Positions 41,091-51,939 of a stretch of DNA of 64,000 bases are shown here, in pieces. The notes below the pieces were generated by a model. That model had not been told where the DNA came from, did not search any database, and was given only the letters and a program-made list of their open reading frames with translations. The stretch spans positions 13,732 to 77,731 of the forward strand of contig CACONR010000002.1 in NCBI GenBank assembly GCA_902628565.1, in the 5' to 3' direction. Origin of the DNA: an uncultured Pelagibacteraceae bacterium. Its GTDB lineage: Bacteria; Pseudomonadota; Alphaproteobacteria; Pelagibacterales; Pelagibacteraceae. Positions within the stretch are counted from its first letter, which is position 1, and each line of letters starts with the position of its first letter. Both the position numbers and the translations under genes were made by a program.

Positions 41091-43174
41091 TTAAGAACGT
41101 CTCTTTTGCCAACATGATTTGCTTTACTCACTATTCCCTCAGACTCCATCATATCAATTATTCTTGCAGCGCGATTGTATCCGATTTGAAGTTTTCTTTG
41201 TAAAAATGAAGTTGATGCCCTTCCCTCAGTTTTAATTATTTCAATAGCAGTTTGATATAATTCATCCTTTTCACCTTGATTTTTTGACTCACTCAATTCT
41301 TTTTCATCAGCAAAATTGAGTATTTCATCAACATAATTGGGCTCTGCTTGAGACCTTAAAAAGTTATTAATTTTTTCAATTTCAGAGTCTGAAACAAATG
41401 GAGCATGAATTCTTACAATTCTATTTGCGGATGACATATATAACATATCGCCTTTTCCTAATAATTGCTCAGCTCCTTGTTCACCTAAAATCGTTCTACT
41501 ATCTATTTTAGAGGTGACTTGAAAAGAAATTCGGGTTGGAAAATTTGCTTTGATGGTGCCTGTTATTACATCAACACTTGGCCTTTGAGTAGCCATAATA
41601 ATATGAATACCAGCAGCTCTGGCCATTTGTGATAATTTTTGAATATAATTTTCAATTTCTTTTCCTGCCACCAACATCAGATCAGACATTTCATCTACCA
41701 CTACTACGATGTATGGCATCGGCAGTTTATGTTTTGAATTATAGCCATCAATATTCCTAACCCCTTCTCTGGTCATTAGCCTATATCTGCTCTCCATTTC
41801 TTTTACCACCCAACCAAGAACAGAGGCAGCCTTTTTAGCCTCAGTGATGACTGGGCAAAGTAGATGTGGAATACCCTCATAAGTAGAGAGTTCTAACATT
41901 TTAGGATCAATCAAAATAAATTTACATCTTTCTGGAGTATGCTTGTAAAGAAGAGACAAAATAATTGTATTGATACAAACAGATTTTCCTGAGCCTGTAG
42001 TACCAGCAATAAGTAAATGAGGCATTGCAGATAAGTCTCCGATTATTGGAGTGCCAGAAATATTTTTTCCTAGAGCAATAGGTAATTTGATTTCTTTCTT
42101 TTTAAAGTTTGAATTATCTAGAATTTCACTTAGATATACATTCTCTCTGTTTAAATTTGGAAGTTCTATACCTATGGTATTACTTCCTGGAATGGTTGCT
42201 ATACGTGCTGACTCTGAACTTGTATTTCTTGCAATATCATCAGATAGATTAATTATTTTAGAAACTTTGATACCCGCCGCAGGTTCAAATTCATTTAGAG
42301 TAACTACTGGGCCGTGACTAACCTTTTTAATCTTTCCATTAACACCAAAATCTAAGAGAATTTTTTCTAAAAATTCTGGATTATTATTTTCATTTTTATT
42401 AAGACTTTCTCTTTCTTTTTTGGTTGGAGTTTTTAACAAATCAATTGAGGGCAGAGAAAATTTCGTTTTTGTAGACCTATTATTTTCAGCTTTAATAAAA
42501 GGTAAATCTTCTTGTATTATGTCTTTTATTTCATCTTGAGGAATAAATTCGTTTATAAGCTCATCTTTATTTGTATAATTTTTAGAATTTTTATTAAATA
42601 AATTATTTAATATTTTTTTTACACTCGAAATAAAATTTTTTAAGTTAAAATTTATACTTAAAATGAAAAATAATAGAGTCAGTAGTATAAGTAAATAATA
42701 TGAAAAATTATCATATTGATTTAATAAATTAATCAAAAAGTTTTCTGATAGGTAATTTCCAACAAAACCACCACTACCATTAATATAAAGTGTAAAATTT
42801 TCAGAGTAAAATTTTGAAAAAAACAAAGATCCAAAGAATACATAAATTGTTACAAAAAAAGTGTTTTCTATGATAACTAAGATTTCTTTCCTTCTAAAAA
42901 TGTTTAAACCTGTAAAGATATAAGTGATGGGTAATAAGTAACCTATTAAACCTATAGATTGTAAAATAAAGTCTGAAGTAACACTTCCCTGATAACCTAA
43001 AACATTTTTTATAACAGTATTTTCTGGGAAAATAAAATTTGGGTCTTCTGGAGAGTATGAAATTAAGGCAATTAAAATTAAAAACCCCATTAAAAGAACA
43101 CAAATACCAAAAATTTCAATTAATCTATTTGTAATGAATGTTAGAGCTGTGTTTGATAGTTTTTTTATATCCAT
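41087..43174 (-). CDS. ftsK: DNA translocase FtsK
   Basis: 4-TM N-terminus, PHLLIAGTTGSGKS, DEMSDLM, ATQRPS, gamma domain QRKLQIGYNRAAR; the start could also be 43207. Confidence 0.97.
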   Translation of the reverse strand: MDIKKLSNTALTFITNRLIEIFGICVLLMGFLILIALISYSPEDPNFIFPENTVIKNVLGYQGSVTSDFILQSIGLIGYLLPITYIFTGLNIFRRKEILVIIENTFFVTIYVFFGSLFFSKFYSENFTLYINGSGGFVGNYLSENFLINLLNQYDNFSYYLLILLTLLFFILSINFNLKNFISSVKKILNNLFNKNSKNYTNKDELINEFIPQDEIKDIIQEDLPFIKAENNRSTKTKFSLPSIDLLKTPTKKERESLNKNENNNPEFLEKILLDFGVNGKIKKVSHGPVVTLNEFEPAAGIKVSKIINLSDDIARNTSSESARIATIPGSNTIGIELPNLNRENVYLSEILDNSNFKKKEIKLPIALGKNISGTPIIGDLSAMPHLLIAGTTGSGKSVCINTIILSLLYKHTPERCKFILIDPKMLELSTYEGIPHLLCPVITEAKKAASVLGWVVKEMESRYRLMTREGVRNIDGYNSKHKLPMPYIVVVVDEMSDLMLVAGKEIENYIQKLSQMARAAGIHIIMATQRPSVDVITGTIKANFPTRISFQVTSKIDSRTILGEQGAEQLLGKGDMLYMSSANRIVRIHAPFVSDSEIEKINNFLRSQAEPNYVDEILNFADEKELSESKNQGEKDELYQTAIEIIKTEGRASTSFLQRKLQIGYNRAARIIDMMESEGIVSKANHVGKRDVLK

Positions 43175-43238
43175 ATCAGATGAATCAAATTTACCACTTT
43201 GTATCATCTAATTTTTATTGTTAAAATTAAAATTTAAT

Positions 43239-44309
43239 ATGAAACTTTGTATTCTAGGTGGTGGATTAACTGGATTAAGTTTAGCAAAATCTTTACTTAA
43301 AAAAGGATTATCTATTGATATTTTTTTAAATAAAAAAAAATCAGATTTTAATAGGAGTCGAACGATTGGTATATCTAATGAAAATTTGACGTATTTTAAT
43401 AAAGAAATATTAGATATCAAAAAATTATTCTGGGATATAAAAAAAATTGAAATTTATTCAGACAATCTAAGGAATGAAAAAATTTTAAATTTTGAAAATA
43501 ATAATAAAACTATTTTTGCAATAGTTAAAAATTATCAATTACAAAGCAAACTACTCAAAAGTTTAAAAAAAGATAAGTTATGTAAATTTAAACAAAATTT
43601 TGATTACAATCTCTCAAATTTGAAAAAATATAAGTTAATAATCAATTGTGAAAATGATAACTATTTTACAAAGAAGTTTTTTGCAAGAAGTTTGAAAAAA
43701 AAATATGATAGTCTTGCGTATACTACAATTTTAAAACATAAAAAAATTCAAAATAATACAGCATCTCAAATATTTACGAAAAATGGACCATTGGCATTTT
43801 TACCATTATCAGAAATAGAAACTTCTATTGTTTATTCAATTAAAGGTAAAAAAAATATTAATCTCAAAGAATTAATTAAAAAATATAATACCAAATATTC
43901 AATTACAGATTTTGGTATTTGCAACTTTTTTGAGTTGAAAGCTTCGAATTTGAGAACTTATTATCATAAAAATATTCTGGCTTTTGGTGATGTATTGCAT
44001 CGCCTTCATCCTTTGGCTGGCCAGGGTTTCAATATGACTTTAAGAGATATTCGAGATTTGGGTAATTTAATTGAACTTAAGTTAAAGAATGGATTAGAGA
44101 TAGATAATTCAATTTGTGAAGAATTTCAAAATATGACTAAGCATAAAAACTATCTTTTCTCTACTGGAATTGATTTTGTATACGAATTTTTTAATTTTGA
44201 AAGCAAGATGAATAATAATATCCTTAGCAAATCAGTGAGATTTATAGGAAGAAATAAATTCCTAAATAGATCTTTCAAAAATATAGCTAATAGAGGTTTT
44301 GAAATTTAG
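43239..44309 (+). CDS. UbiH/UbiL-family FAD-dependent hydroxylase
   Basis: GGGLTG, GPLAFLP, GDVLH.LHPLAGQGFN motifs. Confidence 0.88.
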   Translation: MKLCILGGGLTGLSLAKSLLKKGLSIDIFLNKKKSDFNRSRTIGISNENLTYFNKEILDIKKLFWDIKKIEIYSDNLRNEKILNFENNNKTIFAIVKNYQLQSKLLKSLKKDKLCKFKQNFDYNLSNLKKYKLIINCENDNYFTKKFFARSLKKKYDSLAYTTILKHKKIQNNTASQIFTKNGPLAFLPLSEIETSIVYSIKGKKNINLKELIKKYNTKYSITDFGICNFFELKASNLRTYYHKNILAFGDVLHRLHPLAGQGFNMTLRDIRDLGNLIELKLKNGLEIDNSICEEFQNMTKHKNYLFSTGIDFVYEFFNFESKMNNNILSKSVRFIGRNKFLNRSFKNIANRGFEI

Positions 44310-44311
44310 TT

Positions 44312-44956
44312 TTATTGAACGGTTGTATTATTATAATTGTCAAAAGAATATGTAGTTAAAATTTCTGAAATTTTAGTTTTTCTAAGCTCTAAATTTTTGG
44401 CCTCTAATAAGATTTGTTTTTCTTCTAGCGTAAAAGGAGATGCCATTGCTAGAGCGTTAATTGTTTCATCTAAACTTTGTTTCTCTAATCCTTTCCAATT
44501 AATAATAAATCCTCTTTTTTCAAAAAGATTTTTTAAGTCTTTAAATATCAATTTTAAATCAGAAAATTGTAGATTTTCACTTTGATAACTTAGATCATCA
44601 TAAAAATTATTAAAATTTACATTGCATTCTCTGTATTTTTTATTTGATTTTACTTCATCTGTTTTTTTAAATCTGATTATACCCTTAAGTTCTATCAAAA
44701 ATTGACCGTTATCATTTTCTCTAAAGCTTGTAATTTTGCCCATACACCCAATGTCATATAATTCAGGGTTAACTTCACTTTCTTTTGAATTTTTAGGTTG
44801 TATCATCCCAATAAGCTTGTTTGACTTCATACTATCATTAATCATATCGACATATCTTGGCTCAAATATATTTAATGGAACAGTAGTTCTTGGAAAAATG
44901 ATAAAGTTACTTAATGGAAAAACTGGTATTGTTTTTGGTAAATCTTCTTTTTTCAT
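44312..44956 (-). CDS. Lon N-terminal substrate-binding domain protein
   Basis: IPVFPL, PLNIFEPRY..M, IGMIQP, IGCMG, EKQILLE motifs. Confidence 0.9.
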   Translation of the reverse strand: MKKEDLPKTIPVFPLSNFIIFPRTTVPLNIFEPRYVDMINDSMKSNKLIGMIQPKNSKESEVNPELYDIGCMGKITSFRENDNGQFLIELKGIIRFKKTDEVKSNKKYRECNVNFNNFYDDLSYQSENLQFSDLKLIFKDLKNLFEKRGFIINWKGLEKQSLDETINALAMASPFTLEEKQILLEAKNLELRKTKISEILTTYSFDNYNNTTVQ

Positions 44957-44984
44957 GAAAAAAACATACCATAATTAATATTAC

Positions 44985-45013
44985 TTGAATTAAAAAAAAC
45001 GACACACTATATT
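44985..45013 (+). promoter_or_regulatory. Sigma70 promoter of tRNA-Gly
   Basis: TTGAAT-N17-TATATT ending 10 nt before the tRNA. Confidence 0.6.
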
Positions 45014-45023
45014 AATTTCTTTT

Positions 45024-45098
45024 GCGGGCGTAGCTCAGTGGTAGAGCGTCTCGTTGCCAACGAGAAGGTCGAGGGTTCGATCCCCTTTGCCCGCTCCA
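45024..45098 (+). tRNA. tRNA-Gly(GCC)
   Basis: GCGGGCG acceptor stem, D-arm TAGCTCAGTGGTAGAGC, anticodon arm TCTCG-TTGCCAA-CGAGA, GGTTCGA T-loop, encoded CCA. Confidence 0.98.
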
Positions 45099-45147
45099 TT
45101 TTTAAGTAATATAATAAAAAATTTAATTAGATAAGGATGTAAATTAA

Positions 45148-45483
45148 ATGAGTGAACTATTCGATAAAAAATGTGTTCCTTGTGAAGGTGGTGTACCTGC
45201 GCTTGATATAAGTGAAATACATAAATATCAAAAAAAAATTGATGGATGGGATGTTATTAAAAATGAAAAAAATATACATTTTTTAGAAAAAAAATTTACA
45301 TTTAAAAACTTTGTTGAGAGCCAAAAATTTGTAAATGAAGTAGGTAGAATATCAGAAGAGGAAGGTCATCACCCTGAAATTTTATTTGGATGGGGTTATG
45401 CGAAAATAAACATCTCAACCCATGCAATTGAGGGATTATCAGAAAACGATTTCATATTAGCTTCAAAGATTGACAAGATTTAA
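45148..45483 (+). CDS. Pterin-4-alpha-carbinolamine dehydratase
   Basis: CVPCEGG, F.FKNF, EGHHP, THAIEGLSENDFILA motifs. Confidence 0.93.
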   Translation: MSELFDKKCVPCEGGVPALDISEIHKYQKKIDGWDVIKNEKNIHFLEKKFTFKNFVESQKFVNEVGRISEEEGHHPEILFGWGYAKINISTHAIEGLSENDFILASKIDKI

Positions 45484-47036
45484 TGTCTAAAATGTCTTGT
45501 TTTAGAAAAAATTAAAATAGTATTAGTTTTATCTGCAAACTTTATAATTTCTTTATCTCTGATTGATCCTTTAGGTTGGATTACAGCAGAAACACCAGAT
45601 TGAATTAATTTTTCAATACCATCAACAAATGGAAAAAAAGCATCAGATGCGGCAACAATTTCTTTTTCATTTTTTTTGAACTTTCTCATTTTATTTATTG
45701 CAATTTGACAGCTATCAAGCCTACTAGGTTGTCCAGATCCGATACCAACTGTTGTTTTATCACCAACAAGCACAATAGCATTGGATTTAACATGACGTGA
45801 AATATTGAATGCAAATAATAAGTTTTCAAATTGTATTTTGTTTGGTTTTTTCTTTGAAACAACTTTGAAATCTTTTCTTTTAAAAACAAGGTCATCTTGA
45901 GATTGAATTAACATTGAGTTTGATACAGAGTTAATTTGAAGAACATCATCAAAATTAAAGTTTGTTGAATCTATAATTCTAACATTCTTTTTAGATTTTA
46001 ATAATTTAAGAGCGCTTGTTTCAAAACCATTAGCAATAATTACTTCTAAAAAAGTTTTGTTTAACTCAACAGCTAAGCTTTTATTAATCTTAAAATTACA
46101 AGAGACAATACCTCCAAATGCGCTCACAGGATCACATTCAAATGCAGATTTATAACTGCTTACTCTATCCTTTAAAATAGAAACTCCACAAGGGTTAGCA
46201 TGTTTGACAATTACAGTGCCTATATTTTTTGGTAGACTTTTGGATATCGTTAAAGCAGCAAAAATATCATTATAATTGTTATAGCTTAATTGTTTTCCAT
46301 GAATTTTTCTTAATTTGAAATCTTTATTTTTAGAGTAAATAGCAGATATTTGGTGTGGATTTTCTCCATATCTTAATTTCTCAATTAAGTTACCATAAAT
46401 AATTTTTTTCTCTGTAAAATTTTCACTAGTGACTGAATTGAAGTAATCTGAAATTACGGAGTCATAATATGCTGTTTCATTAAAGGCTGATTGAGATAAT
46501 TTTTTTCTAAATTCTAATCTTGTTGCACCCTTAAATCTTTTTAACTGATCAATCAATGCTGAATATTGATTGGTGGATGTTATTACTGCAACGTCATTGT
46601 AATTTTTTGCAGCACTTCTAACTAAGGCAGGACCACCAATGTCAATTTTTTCAATTATTTTATTATGATTTTTTGTTGTGTTTAAAGTTTTTTCAAATGG
46701 ATAAAAGTTGACTATAACTAAATCAATATTTTGAAAATTATTTTTTTTTATTTCTCTTTTATGAGAATTATTGTTTCTTTTATTTAGGATTCCCGCATGA
46801 ATTTTAGGATGTAGTGTTTTAACACGTCCATCAAGAATTTCATTAAAACCAGTATAATCAGAAACTTCAACGCATCGATAGCCTAATTTTCTAATTGCCT
46901 TAAATGTACCCCCTGAACTAATCAGTTTAACATTATACCTGTTTAAAGTTTGTAATAGTGGTTTTAAGTTTGATTTATCTGAAACAGATATTACAGCTGA
47001 TTTTATTCTTCTTACTATATTTTTTTTATTTGCCAT
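45480..47036 (-). CDS. purH: Bifunctional AICAR transformylase/IMP cyclohydrolase
   Basis: ISVSDK, GRVKTLHP, IDIGGP, LRYGENPHQ, ASDAFFPF, RHFRH motifs. Confidence 0.98.
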   Translation of the reverse strand: MANKKNIVRRIKSAVISVSDKSNLKPLLQTLNRYNVKLISSGGTFKAIRKLGYRCVEVSDYTGFNEILDGRVKTLHPKIHAGILNKRNNNSHKREIKKNNFQNIDLVIVNFYPFEKTLNTTKNHNKIIEKIDIGGPALVRSAAKNYNDVAVITSTNQYSALIDQLKRFKGATRLEFRKKLSQSAFNETAYYDSVISDYFNSVTSENFTEKKIIYGNLIEKLRYGENPHQISAIYSKNKDFKLRKIHGKQLSYNNYNDIFAALTISKSLPKNIGTVIVKHANPCGVSILKDRVSSYKSAFECDPVSAFGGIVSCNFKINKSLAVELNKTFLEVIIANGFETSALKLLKSKKNVRIIDSTNFNFDDVLQINSVSNSMLIQSQDDLVFKRKDFKVVSKKKPNKIQFENLLFAFNISRHVKSNAIVLVGDKTTVGIGSGQPSRLDSCQIAINKMRKFKKNEKEIVAASDAFFPFVDGIEKLIQSGVSAVIQPKGSIRDKEIIKFADKTNTILIFSKTRHFRH

Positions 47037-48622
47037 TTAATATTTTCGGTCTGGTTATTTGAAATTCCAGAAATAAATATATTTTGATTATCAATATATG
47101 AATTTTTATTACCGAAATATAAACCATTATCAATATTTATATCATAATTATCACAAGTAAATTTCCAACCCTCATTTTCCAATTCAATTAATATTGATTT
47201 ACCATCCTGAGTTTTCATTAATTTTACGTCAGGTTCTACATGAAATCGAATATCAAATTTATAATTTTTATTAATCTTTTTTAGAATTTTATCACAACCA
47301 ACGAAAGTTTCTTCTTCGGGATAAAATTCTATATTTCTTTCATGAATAGTATTATATTTTTTTTGGTATCCATCATGAGAAGCATTTATTTTCCAATAGT
47401 TTTTTTCAAAAATAGTTTCTCTTTTTGTAATTTTTAAACCCCTGGTAACAAAAAAAGATTTATCACTGTTTGTAAATTTGCAGGAAGAATTATCATCGAT
47501 TACTAAGGTATTCTGAGCGGCAGTTGATCTTGATAAATGATTTAGTTTTATATTTGTTTCACTATGAAAGCCACAATTGCTAATTAATTTTTTTCCATTA
47601 GAAATTATTTCAAGAGATAAAGCTCCAGATTGATAATCTTTTGAAAAAAATGAATTTGGTGAAGAACCAGCATCCATAGTGAGACACATCTTTTTATTTC
47701 TCAAAATTATATATCCACCATAATCTTGATTGTCATTTTTGAATTTATAACCTAGTCTTTGAAGATAATTATCAAAATTATTATTATCTGAGATATTATT
47801 ACCGTTATAAAGAATATCACTTTTTAGATTTTGCCAAACAAAAGCGTAACCTTGTCCAAGATAGTATATTGTTTCATTGATATGTTCTGGGATATTAATT
47901 TGAGATTCTTTAAACCACTCTCTGATTAAAATATAATATTTCAAATAAAATATTAATTGTTTAATACTCCTTGATTTAGGAAAACCAGAATTATCAAGAG
48001 TAATTTTAGATATTTTTTTTAGTAAATTTAAACCATATGGCAAATACTTTTTTTCATCCTGATAACAAAGGCCAACTAATATAATAGATGCACAACCTAT
48101 CAATTTATCTTCAACAAATTTTGATTTATTAATTTCATTTATGAGGTGATTTGCTTGTTTTTGTACCATAGTGTTGAAATCAATTTTATATTGTCCGTTA
48201 CCATCTTCATAAGTGAGATTATGACTAGATAACCAAGCAATAATTCTTTTTGCAGTTAAATCGAAATTCCAACTTTTTGCATTGTATTTATGATTTAAAG
48301 TCATCCAGTTTTTTATAACTGATTGGGTATTTTTTTTTGAAGACTTAAGATCTAAACTAAAAAGCCAATAAAAATTATTAAGTTTTCTTAAGTTTTTTTT
48401 GGTTATTTCTTTATTATCCCAAATTTCATTTAATGCAAAATCTTCAATCCTAAATTTTTTTTTTTGATATTTAATTAAGGATGAAAGTAAATGAGGGCTA
48501 GGCTTATAAATCAAATTTTGATAATAAGTTTTCGAAATTTTTTTATCGTACAGACTAGAATTTAAATATAATTCTCTTATTTTATCGAAAATATTAAAAA
48601 AAAACCGATTTATGTAAATCAT
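47015..48622 (-). CDS. Heparinase II/III-like protein
   Basis: MDAG, GALSLE, LISNCG, RSTAAQNT, ASHDGY, RFH motifs; conserved rpe-X-purH position. Confidence 0.8.
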   Translation of the reverse strand: MIYINRFFFNIFDKIRELYLNSSLYDKKISKTYYQNLIYKPSPHLLSSLIKYQKKKFRIEDFALNEIWDNKEITKKNLRKLNNFYWLFSLDLKSSKKNTQSVIKNWMTLNHKYNAKSWNFDLTAKRIIAWLSSHNLTYEDGNGQYKIDFNTMVQKQANHLINEINKSKFVEDKLIGCASIILVGLCYQDEKKYLPYGLNLLKKISKITLDNSGFPKSRSIKQLIFYLKYYILIREWFKESQINIPEHINETIYYLGQGYAFVWQNLKSDILYNGNNISDNNNFDNYLQRLGYKFKNDNQDYGGYIILRNKKMCLTMDAGSSPNSFFSKDYQSGALSLEIISNGKKLISNCGFHSETNIKLNHLSRSTAAQNTLVIDDNSSCKFTNSDKSFFVTRGLKITKRETIFEKNYWKINASHDGYQKKYNTIHERNIEFYPEEETFVGCDKILKKINKNYKFDIRFHVEPDVKLMKTQDGKSILIELENEGWKFTCDNYDINIDNGLYFGNKNSYIDNQNIFISGISNNQTENIKWQIKKI

Positions 48623-48626
48623 GAAA

Positions 48627-49286
48627 TTATTTTGATTTTAATAATTCAATATTCTTTTTTATATCTCCATTATTACTTTTAAAAATTGTTGTTCCAGAAA
48701 CGAGTATATTTGCTCCTGCTTCTATTACCTCTTTTGAATTGTCAAAATTAATACCTCCATCAATTTCAATATCAAAATTGAAATTTTGAGTTTTCTGTAT
48801 TTCTTTTAGCTCTTTAATTTTTACTAAAACTTCTGGCATAAATTTTTGACCACCAAAACCGGGGTTAACACTCATTATTAAAACTAAATCAATTTTGTTC
48901 AAGTGTTCTCTAATTACATCAACTTTAGTTTCAGGATTTAAAGATACTCCGACCTTTTTATTTAATTGTTTTATCTTTGAAATAGATGAACTTAGATCGT
49001 CTGTAGCTTCTGGATGAATAGTAATAATATCTGCACCTGCATCAGAATATGCATCGATATATTTGTGTACTGGAGAAATCATTAAATGGACATCAAATAT
49101 CATTGATGATTTTTTTTTTAATGCTTTTATAACTGGAGGTCCGATGGTTAAATTTGGAACAAAATGCCCATCCATTACATCTACATGGATCATATCAGCC
49201 CCAGCATCTTCTAAACGTTTTATTTCGTTTCCTAATTGACTAAAATCAGCAGATAAAATTGATGGTGATATTTGTATTTTTTTCAT
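48627..49286 (-). CDS. rpe: Ribulose-phosphate 3-epimerase
   Basis: SPSILSADF, HVDVMDGHFVPN, DVHLM, MSVNPGFGGQ, IDGG motifs. Confidence 0.98.
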   Translation of the reverse strand: MKKIQISPSILSADFSQLGNEIKRLEDAGADMIHVDVMDGHFVPNLTIGPPVIKALKKKSSMIFDVHLMISPVHKYIDAYSDAGADIITIHPEATDDLSSSISKIKQLNKKVGVSLNPETKVDVIREHLNKIDLVLIMSVNPGFGGQKFMPEVLVKIKELKEIQKTQNFNFDIEIDGGINFDNSKEVIEAGANILVSGTTIFKSNNGDIKKNIELLKSK

Positions 49287-49313
49287 TGATAACTAAATTA
49301 CTAGTACCAATTT

Positions 49314-49670
49314 TTAAAATTTAATTGAATTAAAAAATTGATAAATTTGTCTCGAAATTTCACTTTCCAAAGGAAAAGATAACATTCCCATGACAGAATA
49401 TCCCAAAATCCATGGCATTAAATAAAATCTTATCATAAAGAAAAACCAAGCAACATATAGTGGAACTATTGGTTGAATAATAAATTCGGGCGTAATTGGT
49501 TTAAAAATTCGTAATAATGGATTGGTAAATTTTACGAATACTTTCATAAAAAAAAATTGAGAGTCCTCTTTTTGAAAAATATTCATCGCAACCCTGCCAA
49601 TTAATGTCCACATTATTACTCCAAGTATGTAATCAATAATGTACACCATTGGGTGAAAATTAGCTGACAT
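49314..49670 (-). CDS. YggT-like membrane protein
   Basis: Hydrophobic; MWTLIGR...F.KFTNPLL..F..I.P pattern resembles YggT. Confidence 0.55.
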   Translation of the reverse strand: MSANFHPMVYIIDYILGVIMWTLIGRVAMNIFQKEDSQFFFMKVFVKFTNPLLRIFKPITPEFIIQPIVPLYVAWFFFMIRFYLMPWILGYSVMGMLSFPLESEISRQIYQFFNSIKF

Positions 49671-49700
49671 CTAAGAATTTATATTGGAAAAAGACGTTGA

Positions 49701-49730
49701 TTAAAAGGGGCGAAATTAATCGCCCCTTGA
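49701..49730 (-). terminator. Intrinsic terminator of the symporter operon
   Basis: Minus strand AAGGGGCGA-TTAATT-TCGCCCCTT followed by T residues, just after the stop codon. Confidence 0.85.
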
Positions 49731-49739
49731 AATAATTAT

Positions 49740-51554
49740 TTAGTGTTGTTTGCCAAGGATCGATTTACCTGATGGTACACGAACCTCATCAACCATTCTC
49801 TGCGTAGCAGCGCTTGGCGCTGAAGTCATTAAACTTACAACTACCATTGCTACTAAGCTGACAGCTGAACCAAAGATACCAAACGTTAACTGCGTAATAC
49901 CTAAGAATCCACTTCCGCCGTTTCTTACCCATATTAGGTAACCAGCACCGGAAATTAATCCTAAAGCCATACCAGCTATAGCACCTTCTCTGTTAGCTCT
50001 CTTCCACCATACACCTAGTACAAGTGGGAAGAACAATCCAGACATCGCAAAGTCAAAAGCCCAGATAACTGAACCTAAGATACCCTGGATTTCCATTGCT
50101 GCAATAGTTGCTCCAGCAAAACCAATTACTACAAGTAGTACCCTTGCAACAACTAGTCGTTTTGCAGTCTCAGCTTTTGGATCGATGATTTTATAGTAAA
50201 CATCGTGTGAGATTGCATTTGCAATTGCTAGAATCAAACCATCGGCTGTTGACATGGCAGCTGCCATACCACCAGCAGCAACTAGACCTGAAATTACATA
50301 TGGTAATCCAGCAATTTCTGGTGTTGCTAACACAACGGCTTTACCACCCATGAAAAACTCATTTAATTCAAGAGTTCCATTTCCGTTAAAGTCGCTTACA
50401 AACATTAAGTTTGCTTGGTTCCAGTTTTGATACCAATCTATCGATTGAACTTCTGAAATTGATTTACCAATAATACCTGTCGGTAGTGATGGATCAATCA
50501 ATGACAACTTAGATAGTGTCGCTAACATTGGAGCAGAAGAATAAAGTAGGAAGATAAAGAATAAAGACCAACCTACTGATTTTCTAGCTGCTTTTACACT
50601 TGGCGTAGTGAAATATCTCATCATCACGTGAGGCAATGAAGCTGTTCCCATCATCATTGCTAGTGCTAATGAAATAAACGCCCAAGGCGTTGCATTCACC
50701 GCTGAGTGAGCTTTAGTTATTCCAGCCAAACCTTTTGGCACTTCTTTTAGATTTTCAGCAGAGTTTTTTACAAAACCAAACTGAGCTTCTAATTCAGCAA
50801 TTCTTGAAACTTCATCAGCTAACATGAAGTGTGGGAAAAAACCCGCACCCATTTTGTTACTGATCCAGAATACTGGTAATAAGTAAGCTATGATTAGTAC
50901 AATGTATTGTGCAACCTGTGTCCAAGTTACTCCTCTCATACCACCTAGCATTGAACATAGTAAGATACTTACTAAACCAACATATACAGCGTATTGAAAT
51001 GGAATATCAAGTGCAACAGATGCTATTGTACCTGTAGCGTTAATTTGAGCAGTCACATAGGTAAATGAAGCAACAGTTAAAACCACTACTGCAAGAAACC
51101 TTGTTAGATTACCACCATATCTTGTACCAATGAAATCTGGAACTGTGTAACAGCCAAATTTTCTTAGGTATGGTGCTAATAAAGATGCGACTAATACATA
51201 TCCACCAGTCCAACCTACAAGCAGCGCCATATAGCCGTAACCTTTAAAATAAATACCACCAGCCATTGCAACGAATGATGCACCAGACATCCAGTCTGCT
51301 GCAGTTGCCATTCCGTTGAACACGGTTGGTACTTGTCTTCCAGCTACGTAATACGCATCAGCTTGAGCTGTTCGTGATAGATAACCAATTATAGCATAGA
51401 TGGCCACAGTAAAAGCAACGAAACAAATACCAATTGTTTTTGCTGTCATACCCATCTGCTCGGCAATTGACATAATGATTATGAAAGCTAAAAAACCACC
51501 TGTATAGATTCCATAAACCTTAGGCAAATTGTCTATAAAATTACCTTTCATCAT
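49740..51554 (-). CDS. Sodium:solute symporter, ActP-like monocarboxylate permease
   Basis: YYVAGR, NGMATAADWMS.ASF, GTASLPH..MRYFT, AAAMSTADGL motifs; preceded by a small DUF4212-type subunit and near acs. Confidence 0.9.
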   Translation of the reverse strand: MMKGNFIDNLPKVYGIYTGGFLAFIIIMSIAEQMGMTAKTIGICFVAFTVAIYAIIGYLSRTAQADAYYVAGRQVPTVFNGMATAADWMSGASFVAMAGGIYFKGYGYMALLVGWTGGYVLVASLLAPYLRKFGCYTVPDFIGTRYGGNLTRFLAVVVLTVASFTYVTAQINATGTIASVALDIPFQYAVYVGLVSILLCSMLGGMRGVTWTQVAQYIVLIIAYLLPVFWISNKMGAGFFPHFMLADEVSRIAELEAQFGFVKNSAENLKEVPKGLAGITKAHSAVNATPWAFISLALAMMMGTASLPHVMMRYFTTPSVKAARKSVGWSLFFIFLLYSSAPMLATLSKLSLIDPSLPTGIIGKSISEVQSIDWYQNWNQANLMFVSDFNGNGTLELNEFFMGGKAVVLATPEIAGLPYVISGLVAAGGMAAAMSTADGLILAIANAISHDVYYKIIDPKAETAKRLVVARVLLVVIGFAGATIAAMEIQGILGSVIWAFDFAMSGLFFPLVLGVWWKRANREGAIAGMALGLISGAGYLIWVRNGGSGFLGITQLTFGIFGSAVSLVAMVVVSLMTSAPSAATQRMVDEVRVPSGKSILGKQH

Positions 51555-51814
51555 TAGTCATCCCCTCTTTCTGAAAAGCCAAACTCTTCATCAATTTTTT
51601 CCTGTCTATTTGCAAACCAAAAAATTAGTATTACAAATATTCCAAGAGAACCCTGACAAGTGAACCAATAAGTTAACGGGTAACCAAACGGACCAGTAAC
51701 TTCGTTCATTTCAGCTCCAAATAGGAAGATGCCAATTGAGAATACAAACCAGATTGCTAGTGTCATGAATAGCAAACCTCTGGATTTTTCCCAGTGTTGT
51801 TCTTGTTTTGACAT
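51554..51814 (-). CDS. DUF4212 small subunit of the SSS transporter
   Basis: Two TMs; GYPLTYWFTCQGS, IDEEFG motifs; coupled to the symporter. Confidence 0.88.
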   Translation of the reverse strand: MSKQEQHWEKSRGLLFMTLAIWFVFSIGIFLFGAEMNEVTGPFGYPLTYWFTCQGSLGIFVILIFWFANRQEKIDEEFGFSERGDD

Positions 51815-51939
51815 TTATACCTCTCTCTTTTTAGTTATAACTGGCGAAAACCATAACCATTATGAAGAAGATTTAAAGTGTTAAAATTGCTCTAATTAAC
51901 AACCTTTTTGGGATATAAATATGAAAAACAGCATATTTT

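Noticed and set aside
36963-41225. KOPS-like GGGNAGGG octamers (36963 plus, 41218 minus)
   Set aside because: Only two noticed, in opposite orientations on the same replichore, so uninformative
45024-45147. tRNA-Gly as an integration site for an island or prophage
   Set aside because: No integrase, and I saw no duplicated tRNA 3' end; the flanking genes are housekeeping
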